This document shows, piece after piece, positions 28,001 through 40,900 of a stretch of DNA of 64,000 nucleotides. The notes beneath the pieces were generated by a model, which saw nothing but the letters and a program-made list of their open reading frames with translations, did no database searches and was not told where the DNA came from. The first letter of the stretch is position 1. Each line of letters starts with the position of its first letter. The translations under genes were made by a program, and so were the position numbers. This DNA comes from Escherichia coli (GTDB lineage: Bacteria > Pseudomonadota > Gammaproteobacteria > Enterobacterales > Enterobacteriaceae), in NCBI RefSeq assembly GCF_003334355.1, contig NZ_QOWP01000003.1. The stretch is one strand, 5' to 3'.

Positions 28001-28100
<100 letters not shown>

Positions 28101-28133
28101 ATAATACGTTTGTCACCCAGCCTCTGGATCACA

Positions 28134-28487
28134 TCAGTTCGGGCACTTATAAACCTGACCGATAATCTGGCTATCCGTCGGGACAAAACTGGACAACATT
28201 CCCTGCGACGGGCTGCTGATGCCATAAATCACGTTACCGCCCATTGCAGCCGCCTGGTTGCGCAGATCGTTTGCTGCGCCGCGCATAGAACCGCCCTCTT
28301 CTCCGTGTTGCCCGGAAAGCCAGTTGCTTTGCTTACCTGTCGCAGTACCAATCAGCTGGCACTCTGCGCCTGGCTGCTCGTCCACAATGCGTACACTCTG
28401 ACCGGCAGCACTCAATTCGTTGCTGGAGCCACAACCCGCCATCAGTAGCGCGGCACCGACAATCCCTGCTAAGTATTTTACGTGCAT
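28134..28487 (-). CDS. yjeI: Putative lipoprotein YjeI, 117 aa
   Basis: ORF track 28134-28520 trimmed to MHVKYLAGIVGAALLMAGCGSS (lipobox). Confidence 0.8.
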   Translation of the reverse strand: MHVKYLAGIVGAALLMAGCGSSNELSAAGQSVRIVDEQPGAECQLIGTATGKQSNWLSGQHGEEGGSMRGAANDLRNQAAAMGGNVIYGISSPSQGMLSSFVPTDSQIIGQVYKCPN

Positions 28488-28560
28488 GTTATTCCCCATA
28501 ATCAATGAGCTGGACGCCACTCGCGTCGTCCGTGTCTGAATCTTATACTAGAAAGATGAC

Positions 28561-28595
28561 CAAAAGAAAAACCCCCAGACATTTCTGCCCGGGGG
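28561..28595 (-). terminator. Probable groESL terminator
   Basis: On minus transcript: CCCCC...GGGGG stem with inner CAG/CUG pairing followed by UUUUUCUUUUG, 30 nt downstream of groL stop. Confidence 0.55.
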
Positions 28596-28624
28596 TTTGT
28601 TTATTTCTGCGAGGTGCAGGGCAA

Positions 28625-30283
<1,659 letters not shown>

Positions 30284-30314
30284 TTAAATTCGTATGTTCA
30301 GTGTCGTGCGAGGA

Positions 30315-30659
<345 letters not shown>

Positions 30660-30688
30660 TTACGTGGTTTCCCGGCTGGTGACCAGAG

Positions 30689-30720
30689 AAATGGGGATGA
30701 GGCTTCGCCCCTTCAAGGGG
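30689..30720 (-). promoter_or_regulatory. groESL sigma-32 heat-shock promoter (-35 CTTGAA, -10 CCCCATTT)
   Basis: Minus strand reads CCCCCTTGAAGGGGCGAAGCCTCATCCCCATTTCTC; matches the sigma-32 consensus hexamers and spacing. Confidence 0.7.
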
Positions 30721-30883
30721 GAAAAAGAAAAAAAATTCTGATCAGCACAAAATCGGGTGAAAACCCTGATTCACCTCACATTTCATCGCAATTTCTTCAT
30801 CGCCGTCATAAGCGAATCTGATTGTGCTACCATCGAAAATCTACGCAGTTGCCCAAAATTTGGGCGCAATCGGACATCAACCC

Positions 30884-32140
30884 ATGAGTGGACTCAAACA
30901 AGAACTGGGGCTGGCCCAGGGCATTGGCCTGCTATCGACGTCATTATTAGGCACTGGCGTGTTTGCCGTTCCTGCGTTAGCTGCGCTGGTAGCGGGCAAT
31001 AACAGCCTGTGGGCGTGGCCCGTTTTGATTATCTTAGTGTTCCCGATTGCGATTGTGTTTGCGATTCTGGGTCGCCACTATCCCAGCGCAGGCGGCGTCG
31101 CGCACTTCGTCGGTATGGCGTTTGGTTCGCGGCTTGAGCGAGTCACCGGCTGGCTGTTTTTATCGGTCATTCCCGTGGGTTTGCCTGCCGCACTACAAAT
31201 TGCCGCCGGGTTCGGCCAGGCGATGTTTGGCTGGCATAGCTGGCAACTGTTGTTGGCAGAACTCGGTACGCTGGCGCTGGTGTGGTATATCGGTACTCGC
31301 GGTGCCAGTTCCAGTGCTAATCTACAAACCGTTATTGCCGGACTTATCGTCGCGCTGATTGTCGCTATCTGGTGGGCGGGCGATATCAAACCTGCGAATA
31401 TCCCCTTTCCGGCACCTGGTAATATCGAACTTACCGGGTTATTTGCTGCGTTATCAGTGATGTTCTGGTGTTTTGTCGGTCTGGAGGCATTTGCCCATCT
31501 CGCCTCGGAATTTAAAAATCCAGAGCGTGATTTTCCTCGTGCTTTGATGATTGGTCTGCTGCTGGCAGGATTAGTCTACTGGGGCTGTACGGTAGTCGTC
31601 TTACACTTCGACGCCTATGGTGAAAAAATGGCGGCGGCAGCATCGCTTCCAAAAATTGTAGTGCAGTTGTTCGGTGTAGGAGCGTTATGGATTGCCTGCG
31701 TGATTGGCTATCTGGCCTGCTTTGCCAGTCTCAACATTTATATACAGAGCTTCGCCCGCTTGGTCTGGTCGCAGGCGCAACATAATCCTGACCACTACCT
31801 GGCACGCCTCTCTTCTCGCCATATCCCGAATAATGCCCTCAATGCGGTGCTCGGCTGCTGTGTGGTGAGCACTTTGGTGATTCATGCTTTAGAGATCAAT
31901 CTGGACGCTCTTATTATTTATGCCAATGGCATCTTTATTATGATTTATCTGTTATGCATGCTGGCAGGCTGTAAATTATTGCAAGGACGTTATCGACTAC
32001 TGGCGGTGGTTGGCGGGCTGTTATGCGTTCTGTTACTGGCAATGGTCGGCTGGAAAAGTCTCTATGCGCTGATCATGCTGGCGGGGTTATGGCTGTTGCT
32101 GCCAAAACGAAAAACGCCGGAAAATGGCATAACCACATAA
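30884..32140 (+). CDS. yjeH: APC-family amino-acid exporter YjeH, 418 aa
   Basis: ORF track 30824-32140 trimmed to MSGLKQELGLAQGIGLLSTSLLGTGVF; 12-TM permease. Confidence 0.9.
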   Translation: MSGLKQELGLAQGIGLLSTSLLGTGVFAVPALAALVAGNNSLWAWPVLIILVFPIAIVFAILGRHYPSAGGVAHFVGMAFGSRLERVTGWLFLSVIPVGLPAALQIAAGFGQAMFGWHSWQLLLAELGTLALVWYIGTRGASSSANLQTVIAGLIVALIVAIWWAGDIKPANIPFPAPGNIELTGLFAALSVMFWCFVGLEAFAHLASEFKNPERDFPRALMIGLLLAGLVYWGCTVVVLHFDAYGEKMAAAASLPKIVVQLFGVGALWIACVIGYLACFASLNIYIQSFARLVWSQAQHNPDHYLARLSSRHIPNNALNAVLGCCVVSTLVIHALEINLDALIIYANGIFIMIYLLCMLAGCKLLQGRYRLLAVVGGLLCVLLLAMVGWKSLYALIMLAGLWLLLPKRKTPENGITT

Positions 32141-32155
32141 TCCGGCGTTTCGACA

Positions 32156-32632
32156 TTAATCCTGGCGATCGTCTTTATGATCAAGGCGGTCGCGCTCATC
32201 ATCCTTTCGCTGGTACTCACCATCAAAAGTATTACCGCCACCGGTCCCGGCGCTAAAACCGCCGCCAGGCATGCGAGAAAAGCGCAAATGCGGCATCAAC
32301 TTCACTGTCAGATGCTTTTGCACCGGCGGCAATAAAAGTAGAAGACCGAGGAAGTCGGTAAAAAAGCCCGGTAATAAAAGCAGCAAACCAGCAATGATCA
32401 GCGAAACACTTTTAATCATCTCCGCCGCTGGGTTTTCACCCGCCGCCATTTTTTGCTGCATCAGCACGAAATTCTTAAAGCCCTGGTTACGTACCAGTGA
32501 CATACCGATAACTGACGTGAATATAACCAGCACGAGGGTCAGCAATACCCCCAATACATGGGCAACCTGAATAAAGATTGAAATCTCAATATAGACATAA
32601 AGGAAAATGGCAATAAAAGGTAACCAGCGCAA
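32156..32632 (-). CDS. fxsA: Inner membrane protein FxsA
   Basis: ORF track 158 aa MRWLPFIAIFLYVYIEISIFIQVAHVLGVLLTLVLV... Confidence 0.9.
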   Translation of the reverse strand: MRWLPFIAIFLYVYIEISIFIQVAHVLGVLLTLVLVIFTSVIGMSLVRNQGFKNFVLMQQKMAAGENPAAEMIKSVSLIIAGLLLLLPGFFTDFLGLLLLLPPVQKHLTVKLMPHLRFSRMPGGGFSAGTGGGNTFDGEYQRKDDERDRLDHKDDRQD

Positions 32633-32968
32633 AGGTTTCTCCTGTAATAGCAGCCGGTTAACCTCGGCTACCTGAATGGGTTGCGAATCGCGTTTAGCTT
32701 ATATTGTGGTCATTAGCAAAATTTCAAGATGTTTGCGCAACTATTTTTGGTAGTAATCCCAAAGCGGTGATCTATTTCACAAATTAATAATTAATGGGTA
32801 AAAACCGACACTTAAAGTGATCCAGATTACGGTAGAAATCCTCAAGCAGCATATGATCTCGGGTATTCGGTCGATGCAGGGGATAATCGTCGGTCGAAAA
32901 ACATTCGAAACCACATATATTCTGTGTGTTTAAAGCAAATCATTGGCAGCTTGAAAAAGAAGGTTCAC

Positions 32969-34405
32969 ATGTCAAACAACATTCGTATCGAAGAAGATCT
33001 GTTGGGTACCAGGGAAGTTCCAGCTGATGCCTACTATGGTGTTCACACTCTGAGAGCGATTGAAAACTTCTATATCAGCAACAACAAAATCAGTGATATT
33101 CCTGAATTTGTTCGCGGTATGGTAATGGTTAAAAAAGCCGCAGCTATGGCAAACAAAGAGCTGCAAACCATTCCTAAAAGTGTAGCGAATGCCATCATTG
33201 CCGCATGTGATGAAGTCCTGAACAACGGAAAATGCATGGATCAGTTCCCGGTAGACGTCTACCAGGGCGGCGCAGGTACTTCCGTAAACATGAACACCAA
33301 CGAAGTGCTGGCCAATATCGGTCTGGAACTGATGGGTCACCAAAAAGGTGAATATCAGTACCTGAACCCGAACGACCATGTTAACAAATGTCAGTCCACT
33401 AACGACGCCTACCCGACCGGTTTCCGTATCGCAGTTTACTCTTCCCTGATTAAGCTGGTAGATGCGATTAACCAACTGCGTGAAGGCTTTGAACGTAAAG
33501 CTGTCGAATTCCAGGACATCCTGAAAATGGGTCGTACCCAGCTGCAGGACGCAGTACCGATGACCCTCGGTCAGGAATTCCGCGCTTTCAGCATCCTGCT
33601 GAAAGAAGAAGTGAAAAACATCCAACGTACCGCTGAACTGCTGCTGGAAGTTAACCTTGGTGCAACAGCAATCGGTACTGGTCTGAACACGCCGAAAGAG
33701 TACTCTCCGCTGGCAGTGAAAAAACTGGCTGAAGTTACTGGCTTCCCATGCGTACCGGCTGAAGACCTGATCGAAGCGACCTCTGACTGCGGCGCTTATG
33801 TTATGGTTCACGGCGCGCTGAAACGCCTGGCTGTGAAGATGTCCAAAATCTGTAACGACCTGCGCTTGCTCTCTTCAGGCCCACGTGCCGGCCTGAACGA
33901 GATCAACCTGCCGGAACTGCAGGCGGGCTCTTCCATCATGCCAGCTAAAGTAAACCCGGTTGTTCCGGAAGTGGTTAACCAGGTATGCTTCAAAGTCATC
34001 GGTAACGACACCACTGTTACCATGGCAGCAGAAGCAGGTCAGCTGCAGTTGAACGTTATGGAGCCGGTCATTGGCCAGGCCATGTTCGAATCCGTTCACA
34101 TTCTGACCAACGCTTGCTACAACCTGCTGGAAAAATGCATTAACGGCATCACTGCTAACAAAGAAGTGTGCGAAGGTTACGTTTACAACTCTATCGGTAT
34201 CGTTACTTACCTGAACCCGTTCATCGGTCACCACAACGGTGACATCGTGGGTAAAATCTGTGCCGAAACCGGTAAGAGTGTACGTGAAGTCGTTCTGGAA
34301 CGCGGTCTGTTGACTGAAGCGGAACTTGACGATATTTTCTCCGTACAGAATCTGATGCACCCGGCTTACAAAGCAAAACGCTATACTGATGAAAGCGAAC
34401 AGTAA
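32969..34405 (+). CDS. aspA: Aspartate ammonia-lyase AspA, 478 aa
   Basis: ORF track 32924-34405 trimmed to [30 protein letters not shown]; fumarase/aspartase signature [10 protein letters not shown]. Confidence 0.97.
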
Positions 34406-34428
34406 TCGTACAGGGTAGTACAAATAAA

Positions 34429-34458
34429 AAAGGCACGTCAGATGACGTGCCTTTTTTC
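34429..34458 (+). terminator. aspA intrinsic terminator
   Basis: AGGCACGTCA-gat-GACGTGCCT hairpin followed by TTTTTT. Confidence 0.8.
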
Positions 34459-34522
34459 TTGTGAGCAGTAACTTAAAAATAACAATCTAATATCAACTTG
34501 TTAAAAAACAAGGAAGGCTAAT

Positions 34523-35824
34523 ATGCTAGTTGTAGAACTCATCATAGTTTTGCTGGCGATCTTCTTGGGCGCCAGATTGGGGGGAATAGGTATTGGTTTT
34601 GCAGGCGGATTGGGGGTGCTGGTTCTTGCCGCTATTGGCGTTAAACCCGGTAACATCCCGTTCGATGTCATCTCCATTATCATGGCGGTTATCGCCGCTA
34701 TTTCTGCCATGCAGGTTGCTGGCGGTCTGGACTATCTGGTTCATCAGACAGAAAAGCTGCTGCGCCGTAACCCGAAATACATCACGATCCTCGCACCGAT
34801 CGTGACCTATTTCCTGACTATCTTTGCTGGTACTGGCAACATCTCTCTGGCGACACTGCCAGTTATCGCTGAAGTTGCGAAGGAACAAGGCGTTAAACCT
34901 TGCCGTCCGCTGTCTACTGCAGTGGTATCCGCGCAGATTGCGATCACCGCATCGCCAATCTCAGCGGCAGTGGTTTACATGTCTTCCGTGATGGAAGGTC
35001 ATGGCATCAGCTACCTCCATCTGCTCTCCGTGGTCATCCCGTCCACCCTGCTGGCGGTTCTGGTGATGTCCTTCCTGGTCACTATGCTGTTCAACTCCAA
35101 ACTCTCTGACGATCCGATTTATCGCAAGCGTCTGGAAGAGGGCCTGGTTGAACTGCGCGGTGAAAAGCAGATTGAAATCAAATCCGGTGCAAAAACGTCC
35201 GTCTGGCTGTTCCTGCTGGGCGTAGTTGGCGTGGTTATCTATGCAATCATCAACAGCCCAAGCATGGGTCTGGTTGAAAAACCGCTGATGAACACCACCA
35301 ACGCAATCCTGATCATCATGCTCAGCGTTGCAACTCTGACCACCGTTATCTGTAAAGTCGATACCGACAACATCCTCAACTCCAGCACCTTCAAAGCAGG
35401 TATGAGCGCCTGTATTTGTATCCTGGGTGTTGCGTGGCTGGGCGATACTTTCGTTTCCAACAACATCGACTGGATCAAAGATACCGCTGGTGAAGTGATT
35501 CAGGGTCATCCGTGGCTGCTGGCCGTCATCTTCTTCTTTGCTTCTGCTCTGCTGTACTCTCAGGCTGCAACCGCAAAAGCACTGATGCCGATGGCTCTGG
35601 CACTGAACGTTTCACCGCTGACCGCTGTTGCTTCTTTCGCTGCGGTGTCTGGTCTGTTCATTCTGCCGACCTACCCGACGCTGGTTGCTGCGGTACAGAT
35701 GGATGACACGGGTACTACCCGTATCGGTAAATTCGTCTTCAACCATCCGTTCTTCATCCCGGGTACTCTGGGTGTTGCCCTGGCCGTTTGCTTCGGCTTC
35801 GTGCTGGGTAGCTTCATGCTGTAA
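34523..35824 (+). CDS. dcuA: Anaerobic C4-dicarboxylate transporter DcuA
   Basis: ORF track 433 aa MLVVELIIVLLAIFLGARLGGIGIGFAGGLGVLVLA... Confidence 0.95.
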   Translation: MLVVELIIVLLAIFLGARLGGIGIGFAGGLGVLVLAAIGVKPGNIPFDVISIIMAVIAAISAMQVAGGLDYLVHQTEKLLRRNPKYITILAPIVTYFLTIFAGTGNISLATLPVIAEVAKEQGVKPCRPLSTAVVSAQIAITASPISAAVVYMSSVMEGHGISYLHLLSVVIPSTLLAVLVMSFLVTMLFNSKLSDDPIYRKRLEEGLVELRGEKQIEIKSGAKTSVWLFLLGVVGVVIYAIINSPSMGLVEKPLMNTTNAILIIMLSVATLTTVICKVDTDNILNSSTFKAGMSACICILGVAWLGDTFVSNNIDWIKDTAGEVIQGHPWLLAVIFFFASALLYSQAATAKALMPMALALNVSPLTAVASFAAVSGLFILPTYPTLVAAVQMDDTGTTRIGKFVFNHPFFIPGTLGVALAVCFGFVLGSFML

Positions 35825-35833
35825 TGATCAATC

Positions 35834-35860
35834 GCGGGGCGTTCACGCCCCGCTTTCTTT
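35834..35860 (+). terminator. dcuA intrinsic terminator
   Basis: GCGGGGCG-ttca-CGCCCCGC hairpin followed by TTTCTTT. Confidence 0.8.
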
Positions 35861-35939
35861 CCCGCCGACTAACATCCTTCCCCCGTCCGTTGTATAGTGA
35901 CCTCTCTCTTGCGGTTCCATCTGTTCTTGCGAGGTGTTT

Positions 35940-36278
35940 ATGCTTGATGAAAAAAGTTCGAATACCGCGTCTGTCGTGGTGCTATGTACGGCACCAGATG
36001 AAGCGACAGCCCAGGATTTAGCCGCCAAAGTGCTGGCGGAAAAACTGGCGGCCTGCGCGACCTTGATCCCCGGCGCTACCTCTCTCTATTACTGGGAAGG
36101 TAAGCTGGAGCAAGAATACGAAGTGCAGATGATTTTAAAAACTACCGTATCTCACCAGCAGGCACTGCTGGAATGCCTGAAGTCTCATCATCCATATCAA
36201 ACCCCGGAACTTCTGGTTTTACCTGTTACACACGGAGACACAGATTACCTCTCATGGCTCAACGCATCTTTACGCTGA
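35940..36278 (+). CDS. cutA: Divalent-cation tolerance protein CutA, 112 aa
   Basis: ORF track 35934-36278 (GTG) trimmed to [32 protein letters not shown]. Confidence 0.88.
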
Positions 36279-37951
36279 TCCTGCTACTTTGCAGCACTTC
36301 CGTTTTTGCCGGATTATTCGACGCGCCGGGACGTTCACAATTTGTCCCCGCGGATCAAGCCTTTGCTTTTGATTTTCAGCAAAACCAACATGACCTTAAT
36401 CTGACCTGGCAGATCAAAGACGGTTACTACCTCTACCGTAAACAGATCCGCATTACGCCGGAACACGCGAAAATTGCCGACGTGCAGCTGCCGCAAGGCG
36501 TCTGGCATGAAGATGAGTTTTACGGCAAAAGCGAGATTTACCGCGATCGGCTGACGCTTCCCGTCACCATCAACCAGGCGAGTGCGGGAGCGACGTTAAC
36601 TGTCACCTACCAGGGCTGTGCTGATGCCGGTTTCTGTTATCCGCCAGAAACCAAAACCGTTCCGTTAAGCGAAGTGGTCGCCAACAACGCAGCGCCACAG
36701 CCTGTGTCTGTTCCGCAGCAAGAGCAGCCCACCGCGCAATTGCCCTTTTCCGCACTCTGGGCGTTGTTGATCGGTATTGGTATCGCCTTTACGCCATGCG
36801 TGCTGCCAATGTACCCACTGATTTCTGGCATCGTGCTGGGTGGTAAACAGCGGCTCTCCACTGCCAGAGCATTGTTGCTGACCTTTATTTATGTGCAGGG
36901 GATGGCGCTGACCTACACGGCGCTGGGTCTGGTGGTTGCCGCCGCAGGGTTACAGTTCCAGGCGGCGCTACAGCACCCATACGTGCTCATTGGCCTCGCC
37001 ATCGTCTTTACCTTGCTGGCGATGTCAATGTTTGGCTTGTTTACCCTGCAACTCCCCTCTTCGCTGCAAACACGTCTCACGTTGATGAGCAATCGCCAAC
37101 AGGGCGGCTCACCTGGCGGTGTGTTTGTTATGGGGGCGATTGCCGGACTGATCTGTTCACCATGCACCACCGCACCGCTTAGCGCGATTCTGCTGTATAT
37201 CGCCCAAAGCGGGAACATGTGGCTGGGCGGCGGCACGCTTTATCTCTATGCGTTGGGCATGGGCCTGCCGCTGATGCTAATTACCGTCTTTGGTAACCGC
37301 TTGCTGCCGAAAAGCGGCCCGTGGATGGAACAAGTCAAAACCGCGTTTGGTTTTGTGATCCTCGCACTGCCGGTCTTCCTGCTGGAGCGAGTGATTGGTG
37401 ATGTATGGGGATTACGCTTGTGGTCGGCGCTGGGTGTCGCATTCTTTGGCTGGGCCTTTATCACCAGCCTACAGGCTAAACGCGGCTGGATGCGTATTGT
37501 GCAAATTATTCTGCTGGCAGCGGCATTGGTTAGCGTGCGCCCACTTCAGGATTGGGCATTTGGTGCGACGCATACCGCGCAAACTCAGACGCATCTCAAC
37601 TTTACACAAATCAAAACGGTAGATGAGTTAAATCAGGCGCTCGTTGAAGCCAAAGGCAAACCGGTGATGTTAGATCTTTATGCCGACTGGTGCGTCGCCT
37701 GTAAAGAGTTTGAGAAATACACCTTCAGCGACCCGCAGGTGCAAAAAGCGTTAGCAGACACGGTCTTACTTCAGGCCAACGTCACGGCCAACGACGCACA
37801 AGATGTGGCGCTGTTAAAGCATCTTAATGTCCTTGGCCTACCGACAATTCTCTTTTTTGACGGACAAGGCCAGGAGCATCCACAAGCACGCGTCACGGGC
37901 TTTATGGATGCTGAAACCTTCAGCGCACATTTGCGCGATCGCCAACCGTGA
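36254..37951 (+). CDS. dsbD: Thiol:disulfide interchange protein DsbD, 565 aa
   Basis: ORF track 36173-37951 trimmed to [22 protein letters not shown]; C-terminal thioredoxin-like WCVAC motif; overlaps cutA by 25 nt. Confidence 0.95.
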
Positions 37952-37987
37952 ACGACACTTGCAGTGGGAAAGACGGAGGAAAATAGC

Positions 37988-38563
37988 GTGCAACGTGAAG
38001 ATGTACTGGGAGAAGCCCTGAAATTATTAGAATTACAAGGGATTGCCAACACCACGCTGGAGATGGTTGCTGAACGTGTGGATTATCCACTGGACGAGCT
38101 ACGCCGCTTCTGGCCAGACAAAGAGGCAATCCTCTACGATGCGCTGCGTTATCTTAGCCAACAGATAGATGTCTGGCGTCGTCAGCTGATGCTGGACGAA
38201 ACGCAAACCGCCGAACAAAAGCTGCTGGCACGTTATCAGGCGTTATCGGAGTGCGTTAAAAACAACCGCTATCCGGGCTGTCTATTTATCGCTGCCTGTA
38301 CGTTTTATCCCGATCCTGGCCACCCTATTCATCAACTGGCCGATCAGCAAAAAAGCGCGGCCTACGATTTCACCCACGAACTGTTAACCACACTGGAAGT
38401 TGACGATCCGGCGATGGTAGCAAAGCAGATGGAACTGGTGCTGGAAGGCTGTTTAAGCCGAATGCTGGTGAATCGTAGCCAGGCGGATGTCGACACTGCA
38501 CATCGGCTGGCGGAAGATATCCTGCGCTTCGCCCGCTGCCGCCAGGGTGGTGCATTGACCTGA
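37988..38563 (+). CDS. yjdC: Putative TetR-family transcriptional regulator YjdC, 191 aa, GTG start
   Basis: ORF track 37964-38563; product from GTG at 37988 reads (M)[30 protein letters not shown] (HTH). Confidence 0.82.
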
Positions 38564-38669
38564 CAGAAACACAGAAAAGAAGCGATTTGCCGCAATCTTA
38601 AGCAGTTGAATCGCTTTTACTGAAATTAGGTTGACGAGATGTGCAGATTACGGTTTAATGCGCCCCGTT

Positions 38670-38745
38670 GCCCGGATAGCTCAGTCGGTAGAGCAGGGGA
38701 TTGAAAATCCCCGTGTCCTTGGTTCGATTCCGAGTCCGGGCACCA
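38670..38745 (+). tRNA. pheU: tRNA-Phe (anticodon GAA)
   Basis: GCCCGGATAGCTCAGTCGGTAGAGCAGGGGATTGAAAATCCCCGTGTCCTTGGTTCGATTCCGAGTCCGGGCACCA, 76 nt with cloverleaf and CCA end. Confidence 0.95.
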
Positions 38746-38755
38746 AATTCATATA

Positions 38756-38786
38756 AACGGACCTCCACGGAGGTCCGTTTTTCGTT
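38756..38786 (+). terminator. pheU intrinsic terminator
   Basis: GGACCTCC-ac-GGAGGTCC hairpin followed by GTTTTTCGTTT, 10 nt after the tRNA. Confidence 0.8.
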
Positions 38787-39361
38787 TCAGGACGCCACGA
38801 TTTAAGCGTTCTGCCTCCAAATCAATTCTACCGAACTCAACCAGATTCTCCCCACATCACCAGCAATTTGCGGGCATATCCCAATTCGGGAAAATTTGTT
38901 CCTGAGCTATAGCACTAACTGACGTGAAATGTCGTGCGGCCCCGTGATGCTGTTGAACGTCAAATGACGTCATCAGGAGCGTAACGCATCCATAAAGCAC
39001 AACACCGGTCTGAACGGCGACTGATGAGATTTTCTGAATGAGAACAAAGAGAAATGTATCAGTTCGCTTGCTCATGCAAAGACTAACAATCCATTAAAAT
39101 AGTAAGTGCTCCGGACAATTTTCCATGGATTATTTTCTGAACATTTTTCTTTGGCAAAGATGATGAATTTTGATGGTAAGGAATATTACTTCTGGTTCTC
39201 AGTAAAATCCTTTCGTAATACTATGTAATCAAGAAGTTTATGGCTGGTAAAAATAACGTCTTGCATTCACCAATAATATGTAAATAAACCCATCTATAGA
39301 TGGTAAAAATAGGTTGTGGCAATTATCATTGCATCATTCCCTTTTCGAATGAGTTTCTATT

Positions 39362-40900
39362 ATGCAACAACCTGTAGTTCGCGTTGGCGAATGGCTTGTT
39401 ACTCCGTCCATAAACCAAATTAGCCGCAATGGGCGTCAACTTACCCTTGAGCCGAGATTAATCGATCTTCTGGTTTTCTTTGCTCAACACAGTGGCGAAG
39501 TACTTAGCAGGGATGAACTTATCGATAATGTCTGGAAGAGAAGTATTGTCACCAATCACGTTGTGACGCAGAGTATCTCAGAACTACGTAAGTCATTAAA
39601 AGATAATGATGAAGATAGTCCTGTCTATATCGCTACTGTACCAAAGCGCGGCTATAAATTAATGGTGCCGGTTATCTGGTACAGCGAAGAAGAGGGAGAG
39701 AAAATAATGCTATCTTCGCCTCCCCCTATACCAGAGGCGGTTCCTGCCACAGATTCTCCCTCCCACAGTCTTAACATTCAAAACACCGCAACGCCACCTG
39801 AACAATCCCCAGTTAAAAGCAAACGATTCACTACCTTTTGGGTATGGTTTTTTTTCCTGTTGTCGTTAGGTATCTGTGTAGCACTGGTAGCGTTTTCAAG
39901 TCTTGATACACGTCTTCCTATGAGCAAATCGCGTATTTTGCTCAATCCACGCGATATTGACATTAATATGGTAAATAAAAGTTGTAACAGCTGGAGTTCC
40001 CCGTATCAGCTCTCTTACGCGATAGGCGTGGGTGATTTGGTGGCGACATCACTTAACACCTTCTCCACCTTTATGGTGCATGACAAAATCAACTACAACA
40101 TTGATGAACCGAGCAGTTCCGGTAAAACATTATCTATTGCGTTTGTTAATCAGCGCCAATACCGTGCTCAACAATGCTTTATGTCGATAAAATTGGTAGA
40201 CAATGCAGATGGTTCAACCATGCTGGATAAACGTTATGTCATCACTAACGGTAATCAGCTGGCGATTCAAAATGATTTACTGGAGAGTTTATCAAAAGCG
40301 TTAAACCAACCGTGGCCACAACGAATGCAGGAGACGCTCCAGAAAATTTTGCCGCATCGTGGTGCGTTATTAACTAATTTTTATCAGGCACATGATTATT
40401 TACTGCATGGCGATGATAAATCATTGAACCGTGCCAGTGAATTATTAGGTGAGATTGTTCAATCATCCCCAGAATTTACCTACGCGAGAGCAGAAAAAGC
40501 ATTAGTTGATATCGTGCGCCATTCTCAACATCCTTTAGATGAAAAACAATTAGCAGCACTGAACACAGAAATAGATAACATTGTTACACTGCCGGAATTG
40601 AACAACCTGTCCATTATATATCAAATAAAAGCGGTCAGTGCTCTGGTAAAAGGTAAAACAGATGAGTCTTACCAGGCGATAAATACTGGCATTGATCTTG
40701 AAATGTCCTGGCTAAATTATGTGTTGCTTGGCAAGGTTTATGAAATGAAGGGGATGAACCGGGAAGCAGCTGATGCATATCTCACCGCCTTTAATTTACG
40801 CCCAGGGGCAAACACCCTTTACTGGATTGAAAATGGTATATTCCAGACTTCTGTTCCTTATGTTGTACCTTATCTCGACAAATTTCTTGCTTCAGAATAA
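39362..40900 (+). CDS. cadC: Membrane-integrated pH/lysine-responsive transcriptional activator CadC
   Basis: ORF track 512 aa MQQPVVRVGEWLVTPSINQISRNGRQLTLEPRLIDLLVFF (winged-helix), single TM, PPPIP motif at codons 120-124. Confidence 0.95.
   Translation: MQQPVVRVGEWLVTPSINQISRNGRQLTLEPRLIDLLVFFAQHSGEVLSRDELIDNVWKRSIVTNHVVTQSISELRKSLKDNDEDSPVYIATVPKRGYKLMVPVIWYSEEEGEKIMLSSPPPIPEAVPATDSPSHSLNIQNTATPPEQSPVKSKRFTTFWVWFFFLLSLGICVALVAFSSLDTRLPMSKSRILLNPRDIDINMVNKSCNSWSSPYQLSYAIGVGDLVATSLNTFSTFMVHDKINYNIDEPSSSGKTLSIAFVNQRQYRAQQCFMSIKLVDNADGSTMLDKRYVITNGNQLAIQNDLLESLSKALNQPWPQRMQETLQKILPHRGALLTNFYQAHDYLLHGDDKSLNRASELLGEIVQSSPEFTYARAEKALVDIVRHSQHPLDEKQLAALNTEIDNIVTLPELNNLSIIYQIKAVSALVKGKTDESYQAINTGIDLEMSWLNYVLLGKVYEMKGMNREAADAYLTAFNLRPGANTLYWIENGIFQTSVPYVVPYLDKFLASE

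Noticed and set aside
30757-31002. 81-aa plus-strand ORF overlapping the yjeH start
   Set aside because: Out of frame with yjeH and spanning its promoter and 5' end; yjeH gives the recognised product. Treated as spurious.
38857-39075. 72-aa minus-strand ORF between pheU and cadC
   Set aside because: No Shine-Dalgarno sequence upstream, AT-rich promoter-region context, no recognisable product; most likely a chance ORF, though a small protein cannot be excluded without ribosome profiling.
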